Positions 31,276 to 40,100 of a DNA stretch of 64,000 nucleotides are shown piece after piece (the first letter of the stretch is position 1; each line of letters begins with the position of its first letter). The position numbers and the translations under genes are program-made. The DNA is from Planctomycetaceae bacterium (lineage in GTDB: Bacteria; Planctomycetota; Planctomycetia; Pirellulales; Pirellulaceae). The notes below the pieces were generated by a model. The model had not been told where the DNA came from, did not search any database, and saw only the letters and a program-made list of their open reading frames with translations. The stretch covers positions 6,830-70,829 of the forward strand of contig JABJJO010000155.1 of the NCBI GenBank assembly GCA_018660825.1, read 5' to 3'.

Positions 31276-32748
31276 TCATGCATCTGTGTCGGTTGACTGA
31301 CTTTCTATTTGGGGACTTGAAGCTTCAGGGGAATCCTTTTGCTTAGGATCGCCGCCGAAGGGCACCAACACTTCTTTCTGAGCTTCATCGATGTACGCTA
31401 ATGGGTTCAAAACAACATCTTCACCTTCGTTTAATCCATCTTGGATGACGATGAAAATGTCGTTGCTGTCACCCAGTGTAATATCGCGTTTTACAACATC
31501 CGAGCCAACTTTCACCCAACAGTGAAAGCCATCGTCGAGTTCCAGTACCGCGGCAACAGGAAGTACTAAGACATTCTTATGTTCCGCCATAATGATCTCA
31601 ATTTCCGCGCTCATTCCCGGTTTCAAGTCTGGGATGGGAGGCAGTTCGACGATAACATCATATTCAATAACATCACCCGAACCAAGCGAAGCAGGCCTCG
31701 CAATATCCGCAACGTGGCTAACCGCAGCGACAATCGGTTCTCGATTTGGGAGGATAATTCGCGTAGGCAAACCGACTTTGATTTTAGATACCACAGCTTC
31801 ATGCACACCAACTTTAACCTGCATCTTATCTAAATCCGGCATGAGCAATAATACCTGCTCCTTATAAACGGTGCCGCCCTCGGTGATATCAGGTGCGCCC
31901 TTCCATGCCGCCGCACGAGGGTGAATCACCAATCCATCTTTGGGAGCAATAATCGTGCAATACTCACGTTCCGCAACGGCGCGGTCACGCCGCGAGGCGT
32001 CCGCATCAGCCCGCTCATCGTTAGCCCCAAATTGTGCCTTGGCAATTTTCAAATCGCCTTCGAGTCGGGCAACCTCCCGGGCCTTGGATGTCTTTTCATA
32101 CACTTCCATTCGCGTCTTCGTATTCTCTACTGACAATTTACTAGTCGTCACATTAAATTCGCGCTGTTCTACGTCTAACGCACTAACATAACCTCGCTCT
32201 TGTAGCATCATCGTATGAGCCAAAATATTTTGTGAAGTCCGTAAACGGGATTCTGCGATGGCAAGATCCTTTTCCATCTCCATTTGCCGAGCCACATAAC
32301 GACCTTCTAAGTATTCCGGGATGGATAGTTTGGCGCGAGTCATCACTGATTGCCAGTGCTGTGCACCCGCTTTGGACCAATGCGCGTATTTTGATCTTTC
32401 CGAAATTTGTTCGTCAATATAGAGGGTATCAAGTGTCAGTACGGTGTCACCTTTTTTTACGTAAGTGCCACTTTCGACAACCGACGTGATCGTATTTTGC
32501 CCACGTACGCGGCAAACGATTTTGGTATTATTGGAACTCTCGAGGGAACCTAACTCCGACACATTAATTACCATGTCGGAACGGATTACTTTATAGGTCA
32601 ACGCATGGGCGAATGGGTCTTCTACAGCAGGTGTAAAATACCCCTGCGTATATGCGGACCCGCCGACAGCCGCGCAGACAAGCACCAAAAGAACAAGCAG
32701 TATGGGCCGGAGTCGTGATCGGGTCGGTTCTGCAGATGCTTCGTTCAT
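31276..32748 (-). CDS. HlyD/MFP-family periplasmic adaptor subunit (copy B)
   Basis: N-terminal TM anchor, a coiled-coil middle, and a beta-barrel/MP domain 'IIAPKDGLVIHP...VGVHEAVVSKIKVGLP'. ATGA overlap with the upstream paralog. Confidence 0.85.
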   Translation of the reverse strand: MNEASAEPTRSRLRPILLVLLVLVCAAVGGSAYTQGYFTPAVEDPFAHALTYKVIRSDMVINVSELGSLESSNNTKIVCRVRGQNTITSVVESGTYVKKGDTVLTLDTLYIDEQISERSKYAHWSKAGAQHWQSVMTRAKLSIPEYLEGRYVARQMEMEKDLAIAESRLRTSQNILAHTMMLQERGYVSALDVEQREFNVTTSKLSVENTKTRMEVYEKTSKAREVARLEGDLKIAKAQFGANDERADADASRRDRAVAEREYCTIIAPKDGLVIHPRAAAWKGAPDITEGGTVYKEQVLLLMPDLDKMQVKVGVHEAVVSKIKVGLPTRIILPNREPIVAAVSHVADIARPASLGSGDVIEYDVIVELPPIPDLKPGMSAEIEIIMAEHKNVLVLPVAAVLELDDGFHCWVKVGSDVVKRDITLGDSNDIFIVIQDGLNEGEDVVLNPLAYIDEAQKEVLVPFGGDPKQKDSPEASSPQIESQSTDTDA

Positions 32749-34214
32749 TGAATTCTCCCTTTAATGTTCGCTCGGGAACTATGATTCCGTGTAATACGTT
32801 CGGTGTCGGTTGGGATGGATTGACTTAGGAATCTTCCGACATCGTCCTGTGCTTCCTCTATGTCAGTAAGAGGGTGGAGAAAAACCTTATCCCCTTCTTT
32901 GACCCCCTGCACAACCACCACAAAGATATCATTACTATCCCCGAGAATCACTTGCTGTTTTTTCGGACCATTGGGAGTAGATATCCAACAAAACGGACCT
33001 GCCTCGGTGTCAACGACCGACGAGACAGGTACTGAGAGTGCATCTTTGTGAGTCGCAATTAGAATTTCTACGCCAGCACTCATGCCTGGTTTTAAACCTG
33101 AAGTTGTCGGTAGCTCAATAACCGTTTCATATCTAACCACATTTGCGGACCACGAACCCAACGGTTTTGCGATATTGGCAACATCAGTTACTTCTGCCTC
33201 CACAACGTCATCTGGCAGCGTTATCGTAGCAGGCAAGCCGGGGCGAACGGTATCAATAACGGCTTCGTGGACGCCAATTTGGACTTGCATTGTTTCGAGG
33301 ACAGGCATGATCAGCAACACCTGATCATGGCTAACGCCCACCCCTTCGGCAACATCCGGCGTATCCTTCCAAGCGGCGGCCGTGGGATAAATCACCAACC
33401 CCGATTTGGGTGCCACGATGGTACAATTTTCCAGTTCGACGGCAGCGCGGTCACGCCTCGCAATATCCGTTTGCAACCCAGCTTGGTCCGCCGCGAATTT
33501 GGATGTAGACCCGGCTAAATTGCCACGCATCCTCTCAAGTTCCAATGCTTTAGTGTACTCTTTCAAAACAAACAGTTCGGTCTGCTTAACCTTGAGCTCG
33601 AGATCTGCCTGAGTTACCGTAAATGCATTGCTTTCAAGTTCAAGTTCAGTCACAAAGCCACGCTTAAACAACAATTTCGAATGTCCGTATAATTTTAGGG
33701 CCGACGCATAATTGGATTCCGCAATTACCACCTCCGTCTGTTTGGTATTCAATCGTTCAAGGTAATCCCCACTTTCATAGGCATCGATAGACAAGTTTAT
33801 CTGGGCTAGGTTTTGTTCAGTTTCTGCCAACGTCGCTGTCGCTTCAAACACGTTGGTTTTTTGCAAGCTTAGGGATTCTTCAATCACCTTGGTATCAAGG
33901 CGAACTAAGACGTCGCCTTTCTCTACGATGCTTCCCGAGGGAATGACCCACGTAACAGTATTCCGCCCGCGCACCTTACATTTGATTTCCGTATTATCAG
34001 TGCTAGTAAGCACTCCTTGTTCTGTCAGAGTGACTCGCACGTCTCCACGCACTACTTGGTGCGTCAAGAACTCCTGAACTGGAGTCTTGATAACCATAGT
34101 GGACCCGTAATAAATGCCCCATGACAAGAGACCAACGATACACGTAGCAATAGAGCACCTACCAAGCCAGCGCATTGATTTGCGTAGCGTAGACTGAGAA
34201 TTTTCGTTTGTCAC
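32745..34214 (-). CDS. HlyD/MFP-family periplasmic adaptor subunit (copy A, paralog of the next gene)
   Basis: Colinear similarity to copy B, e.g. 'RRDRAAVELENCTIVAPKSGLVIYPTAAAWKDTPDV' versus 'RRDRAVAEREYCTIIAPKDGLVIHPRAAAWKGAPDI'. Start is GTG 34214 (alternative ATG 34175). Confidence 0.85.
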   Translation of the reverse strand: MTNENSQSTLRKSMRWLGRCSIATCIVGLLSWGIYYGSTMVIKTPVQEFLTHQVVRGDVRVTLTEQGVLTSTDNTEIKCKVRGRNTVTWVIPSGSIVEKGDVLVRLDTKVIEESLSLQKTNVFEATATLAETEQNLAQINLSIDAYESGDYLERLNTKQTEVVIAESNYASALKLYGHSKLLFKRGFVTELELESNAFTVTQADLELKVKQTELFVLKEYTKALELERMRGNLAGSTSKFAADQAGLQTDIARRDRAAVELENCTIVAPKSGLVIYPTAAAWKDTPDVAEGVGVSHDQVLLIMPVLETMQVQIGVHEAVIDTVRPGLPATITLPDDVVEAEVTDVANIAKPLGSWSANVVRYETVIELPTTSGLKPGMSAGVEILIATHKDALSVPVSSVVDTEAGPFCWISTPNGPKKQQVILGDSNDIFVVVVQGVKEGDKVFLHPLTDIEEAQDDVGRFLSQSIPTDTERITRNHSSRANIKGRIQ

Positions 34215-34355
34215 GATAAACCTCCAAATGTAGAAGACTAGGCTCTACATTGTAACAATATTGAAGTTCAAAACCGGTCGTTGATCATAAAAAACGCTGC
34301 AGTAATGACGGAAGGGTGTTGCAGTTACGATTTGAAACTATGCGCAAGTTTGCCT

Positions 34356-36929
34356 TCAATCCGTGCTGTAGTATCGATCTGATATAATTTTTTCGATCTT
34401 CGCCTGCAGTCTCAGGATACGATTGTGAAATCGTTCGCCAAGAGTTTCTGCGGACTCCGATTCAACTGTTGGACTTTCCACTGGTGCATTTATGTCCTCA
34501 GGCAGCAAGGCAGCTAAAGGCGGCAGTGGTTGATCGACCCAGTTCCCGTTGTCACTTAATTCCATGATCCCTAACTCTCGCATAAGCCGCATTCTCGCTG
34601 CATAATAACTTAGCCATGCCGTTAAAAAGCTATTCTGTGTATCCCGCAACGATGAGAGGGAGGACAGCAAATTTCTTGCTGAAGTGGGTCCAAACTGTGC
34701 CACTCGCTGACCCGGTTGTCGAGAAGGCACCGGCGCGTATAAATTAGCACGGGTGGAATCCACTCGGCGGATAGCAATGGCAACAGCGCGTCGTTGAATT
34801 GCTAAGTTATTACGTAGTTGTTCTATCTGACGAATCAGTGCCCTCAGCCCCAGATGCAACGAATCTTGTGATTGAATAAAACCACGACGACTGCGTTGGT
34901 AGCGAATTAGTGTTTCCCGATACGCGTTACGTTCCAGAAGACGCGTGAACGGTGCGTCAAACTCTAAGCCCAATCGCAAACTTCCTGTCGGAGCGCGAAA
35001 ACTCACTGGGTTGTTTCTCGCCGTCGATATATCACCTCCGGCGGTTAGATTCAACATAGACTGCAGCTGATTCTGGCTAATCTGAATCTGCCTCCATTGA
35101 TCAACAAGGGCGGCTCGGGCATTCATGAAATCCAGCCGATGATAAAGTGCAATTTGGAATGCGTCGCTCGAATCCAACACGATGGCGTCTACGGTTATCG
35201 TTTCCAGGCGTGCACGGGCCTGTATAAGGACACTTCGCTGGGTAATCCGTAGAGCATCCCCGAGCCAAACAATCGCTCGCCGCAGCGACTTTTCTGGCGT
35301 TACCGTCGGTAATTCCGCACGTAACGCAGCGAGGTCGTCAATCACGTCTGTGTGTTTTAGATTTAGCGTATTAAGCGTAGAGCGAAGGCTAGCTTTTAAC
35401 TCAACAAAATCCGTCACTTCAGTGTCGTTCATCGCCGCCTCGCGAGCAGAAGATGCATCATCAAGACGAGCCAAATCTCTTTCAACCTCATCCAGTTGCA
35501 TGCGAACTTGCTGAGAAAGGCTTGTAAGTTCAGTTATTGTCGGTTGTAAGTCTTCCAGGGCAATATCTTCCGGAAGTAGGCCCACATTGTCTTGAGCGGT
35601 CAAAATCGCGTCTTGAACATTCGTGCCGGTGCGGGTAACAAATTGAAACTGTTCAATAAATGAATCGTCTAGTACAATGTCGACATCCGGAGGCAAGCCA
35701 AGAGTGCCAGTTTTATATTGATCGAGGGACAAGTCAAGACTGTTTTGCGACTGCAACAAGGCAGCCCGTTCTCGCTGAACACTTTGGCGAAATTGATCCA
35801 CCTGATCAATATCGATAACCCCCACATCCAACAGCGCCTCCAATTGATCTAGTGTCCGCAATTGCAAGCTAAGGTTGTCCTCGGTATTTCGAATTTGCTG
35901 CAACTGTTGCAGCAGTCCCAAAACCCCTCCCACACCTCCCTGTCCGCCAAAAGAGTTAACGCTTGTTGACGGGTTACCCCGACGAGAACCGCTGACCCCC
36001 AATTCACCAATCGCGACTTTAGTGTAAAAACCTTGATGGTATTGACTGTGAGCGCGAATATTGGCGAGTAGATTTCGTTCAGACTGAGTCAGCCCTTCTA
36101 ACGCAATGTGCTTACCCGCACCACGCAATAGAGGTTGGACAATGGAGAAATTGGCCAGCGAAGATGCAAGGTTAGCGTCATTACCGGTGAACTCAAATAC
36201 AAACGAATTGGCAAAACCTGCCACGATTTCTCCGGCTGTGGAGAATTTCCTTTTAAATTGTGCGGTTGGGTTGCTGCCAACGGTTAGGCGGTTACTTTCT
36301 CTGCCCTGACTGGCGGATGTGGTTACGGTGTCACCGGTTGAGGGATCTATTCCGAATCCGGCCGGATTAATATTTCCTCGATGTCGATAATTCGTGTCGT
36401 AGCCGCCAAAGTATTGCGTATCAAATCGAAATCGTTGAGCCGTAACGTCCAGCGCGGAAAGATACAGTGTTTCAACCTGAGTCTGATAAGCTGGCGAGTG
36501 AATATACGCTAACCTAAGTGCGGAATCTACGTTTAATTTAATGGCCCCGGCGTCATCAACAGAGTTATACGATGATAGCAGTGTCCGCCAGTCTGGACTT
36601 TCATACTCGCGTATCGTTCCATGCTTGTCCCACGTTTTTGACCCAGGCATACCGTGGACCATTTTCATAAAATAACCTGACGCTGGGTCATCGACAGGCA
36701 TCGGGATTTCGTCAGGATTACTAGGATCAAAGAAGCGACTACGATGGTCGTCGACAACATTGAAGTCCGTAGTTTTCCAGCGTGCATCAGTGCTAGCGTC
36801 CTTAATAATGGAATAGGCAGACTCATCTGCCTCGCGACGCTGCTCTGCAACAGAGCAACCAATCAACGTACAAATACCAATGTATATCGATAGACGCACA
36901 ACCACTTGGGGGATTTTTTTATTTAACAT
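34356..36929 (-). CDS. TolC/OEP-family outer-membrane efflux lipoprotein, unusually long (857 aa)
   Basis: Lipobox 'CTLIGC'. OEP-type repeat start 'LNVDSALRLAYIHSPAYQTQVETLYLSALDVTAQRFRF' and a second half 'SSDAFQIALYHRLDFMNARAALVDQWRQI'. It is the first gene of the efflux operon. Confidence 0.7.
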   Translation of the reverse strand: MLNKKIPQVVVRLSIYIGICTLIGCSVAEQRREADESAYSIIKDASTDARWKTTDFNVVDDHRSRFFDPSNPDEIPMPVDDPASGYFMKMVHGMPGSKTWDKHGTIREYESPDWRTLLSSYNSVDDAGAIKLNVDSALRLAYIHSPAYQTQVETLYLSALDVTAQRFRFDTQYFGGYDTNYRHRGNINPAGFGIDPSTGDTVTTSASQGRESNRLTVGSNPTAQFKRKFSTAGEIVAGFANSFVFEFTGNDANLASSLANFSIVQPLLRGAGKHIALEGLTQSERNLLANIRAHSQYHQGFYTKVAIGELGVSGSRRGNPSTSVNSFGGQGGVGGVLGLLQQLQQIRNTEDNLSLQLRTLDQLEALLDVGVIDIDQVDQFRQSVQRERAALLQSQNSLDLSLDQYKTGTLGLPPDVDIVLDDSFIEQFQFVTRTGTNVQDAILTAQDNVGLLPEDIALEDLQPTITELTSLSQQVRMQLDEVERDLARLDDASSAREAAMNDTEVTDFVELKASLRSTLNTLNLKHTDVIDDLAALRAELPTVTPEKSLRRAIVWLGDALRITQRSVLIQARARLETITVDAIVLDSSDAFQIALYHRLDFMNARAALVDQWRQIQISQNQLQSMLNLTAGGDISTARNNPVSFRAPTGSLRLGLEFDAPFTRLLERNAYRETLIRYQRSRRGFIQSQDSLHLGLRALIRQIEQLRNNLAIQRRAVAIAIRRVDSTRANLYAPVPSRQPGQRVAQFGPTSARNLLSSLSSLRDTQNSFLTAWLSYYAARMRLMRELGIMELSDNGNWVDQPLPPLAALLPEDINAPVESPTVESESAETLGERFHNRILRLQAKIEKIISDRYYSTD

Positions 36930-37175
36930 TTGGCCACGTTAGGTCTAAATTTAGTGCACTAGGCGTGAATCGTTCCACAACCCTGTAATCACCAATGTAT
37001 TTAGACGTTTTAGGTCTTTTTTTCGATGTGGATAATAAAATCCCCCCACATACTAAGACTCCGCAATTCGACCGAGAAATTGGACAAATAAATTTTCGTC
37101 CATGCCAAATATCTTGAAGATTTCCGGGTTTACAGACGATTGACGTTTACTGCATCCACGGTTATTCATCTGCTT

Positions 37176-40100
37176 CTATTTCCGAAATGCGGGATGTTCC
37201 GGATTGGCTCCGCTGATAATATAGGCAAGCAAATCAAAAATTTCATTACGTGTCATCGTATTGAACAAACCCTCGGGCATAATAGAGACTTTTGATTCCT
37301 CGCGTTCATCAATGTCCTGCTTAGCTATCTCGACCACTTTGACATTCTTCTCGAGTGGATTAGCCGACAAACGTAATATCTTTTCATCTTCAAACACGAC
37401 AACTCCTGAGTGGAGTTTACCGTCTAGCATCACCACGATTTGAATTCTATATTTTGCTTCGATCTCTTTTGACGGGACAACCAGCGCGTCCACGATTTTA
37501 GCCACATCGGTTTTTTGATCAGCGAGTTTCTTTTGCAAGTCAATCAGATCTGGCGCAAGTTTACCTCCAGTCCCTTTTATTGCATGGCACGCCACGCAGG
37601 AAACCTGCGTGAACAATTGGCGACCCGACTCAAAATCCCGACCTGACTCGAGCAAATTGATTGCGTTAAGGATGTCCTGCGTGGACCATTTCCGTACAAA
37701 TTTGCGTTGCGGCATATCGCCGTGAGGATTAACAGGCGCTGTCGCCTGAAGCGGAATGTCACTAATATCTGCGACGACATGCACCGTACCAAACATCGTT
37801 CTCCAGTGTCCAGGAAAAGTGCAAACATACGGATATTCGCCGAGTTCCGTTGGTGCCGTAATCTGCAAACGCTGCTGTTCACCAGCCTGAAGCATGCCGG
37901 TAGCAAATAAGACCTTATCCGTATCCGGAATGAACTGTTTCGCAAATCCCTGTGGAGTCGAACCGAGTCGTTCCGCCAGGATGCCGACTTCTTCACGTGC
38001 CCCAGGGGTGGTAATAATCAGGTTATGCGGCATGATATCCACATTCTCAAATACGATCTCCACCGGCTTTCCTGCCTGGATATAGATGTGAGGGCGATCA
38101 TAGATCATGCGATGGGGAATGGGCCGAATCACAATCACGTCCACCGCCAGATCCGCTAGCCGCCGGCGGATATTAACCGCTGCCTCCCGCCCAAGTTGTC
38201 CTGAAAGATCCTTGCCAAGCTGAATCGCATCCATCACTTCGGTTTGAGTTCTGGAGGTCGCCGGAACCGATTCGATGTATCTAATTAATTCCGTGAGTAG
38301 GATGCCGACCTGATCCTTCGGAAGTAGGCTGCCGTTGAGCCGCCCAATAGCAGTGACCGCGGATGCTCTGTAAACACTGTCGCTTACCAACGGAGCAAGT
38401 CGCTGGAATACGTCCACATCATGGCCACCTATATAACTCAGCGCATTTACCGCAGACCGTTTTATCTGAACACGGGGGTTAGCACCACCCACAGAAATTT
38501 TGACACTGGGATTGGGCCCCTTATGAGCCGCGGACACAAACACCTTCTTGCGGTTTCCGTTCATAACCGTAACCGCGACCCCATCCATGCGACTGACATA
38601 CGTTCCGCCATTTTCCGTGCGATTCCAGAGGACCACGTCATCAATCGGATATTCCCGACCTAGATCTACTTCCCAAAACGGATTGTTCTGCATGGACGTG
38701 TGGGTCTGTGATCCGTTGGCATACGCTCCGTCCGTATTACCATCGACTGCCCGAGCTGCAACACCGTCGAAGTCCGTGGTCGATTGTTTGGCAACTTTTT
38801 TCAACGCAACATTCTCTCCAGCGCTCATCACCTGAACTTCAGCGAGCGTCAGAACACGTTGTTTACCGAGGATTTGAATCCGAACAAACCGAGCGCTCAA
38901 GCCCTTGGCATCAGCGATTTGTTCCGACAGAGCCTCCGGAAGTTGCGAAATCGTTGACGCAACACGCTGGTAGAGTGTTTCGCGAACCTGATCATTCGCG
39001 ATCATGGGAATCGTGTCGAGCACGGTTCGGAATCGGCTGGGGTTGTTCAGAGATTGAATCCAAAGATTCTCTGCACTGCCATCAGCCGCGATCACCGCGG
39101 CCGTCGCGAGTTGTCGGGTCACGGATCTTTTACCGCTGCGGTGTAATTTTGCAAGTTCGACGCGTTTCATTTTCAACATGGCCGGTTCCGTCATGCGAAA
39201 CATATGCACATAATCAGTCAGCACCTGTTCTGATTCTTCGTCCGCCGCTTCATCCAATCGAACGACCACATCAACCAACTCCGAGACCATGTCAGTTCCA
39301 TTTAATTCCGCCAGTCCCATCAGCGCTTCGTGACGGTACTGATGCACCACTCCTGGGCGAGTTAGTAATTGCTTGAAAACCAATTCGTTCCGGGCCATAT
39401 TGATCAGATCCGGTGTTGCCACTCGGTCGATAATATATTGAATCGCCTGTGGGTTCTCTTCGGCAAACGGGAGTCCTGAGCCAACGAGCTCTCGCCAGGA
39501 AGGTTCAAGGCGTCGAATCGTATGGCGCAGTGCGTATTCGATATAGTAATCCTGTTCCCCATTTAGTGCCAATAGAGCTACCTCAGCCGCTTCGCCTTCG
39601 TAGAAATAACTGCAGGCCCTGACCGCCTCTAGTCGAACGCGGGGGTGGTCGTCCTGAACTGCTGTGCGTAACAACTGGAACACATTGGGGACGTCATGCC
39701 GCCAGAAACTAACTACGCGTACCGCCGCAGCACGTGCTCGGTAGTCATCCGACGCCAGTAACTGCCGCAGCAATTTCAGTCCAATGCCATCGTATTGATT
39801 GTGATGCTGGCATACCCATAATGCTTCCAGCTTGAGATGTTCCGTTTCCTCATCTTTGGGATCCAAGGCGGCCACCCATGACTCGATTGCAGCAGCAACA
39901 TCCGCCGTAGGGAATTCTCTTAATTTCAACCGCACGCGGTACCGAATACGGTCTTCATAAGTCCCAAGCAAGTCCAGCAATTGCGGTATGGAACCACCCT
40001 CAATGTCCACCGGTTTGACCAAGGGCCGCGATGGATATGTAATACGCCAAATACGGCCGTGGGAATGATCCCGATTCGGATCTCGTAAACTATGTTGCAT

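Noticed and set aside
37017-37051. Hairpin ATGTGG...CCACAT next to a T7 run, between the giant gene and the efflux operon, as a terminator
   Set aside because: The T-run lies 5' of the stem on the plus strand. On the minus strand (the transcribed one) the stem is followed by an A-run. This is the wrong geometry for an intrinsic terminator in either direction.
38708-39376. 222-aa plus-strand ORF, and many similar ones (e.g. 40302-40673, 41100-41504, 52165-52641, 26554-26955, 28794-29228, 13329-13682, 6330-6713)
   Set aside because: All lie antisense or out of frame inside long ORFs with clear family motifs. Their translations are Arg/Ser/Pro-rich and carry no recognisable motifs, so they are shadow ORFs.
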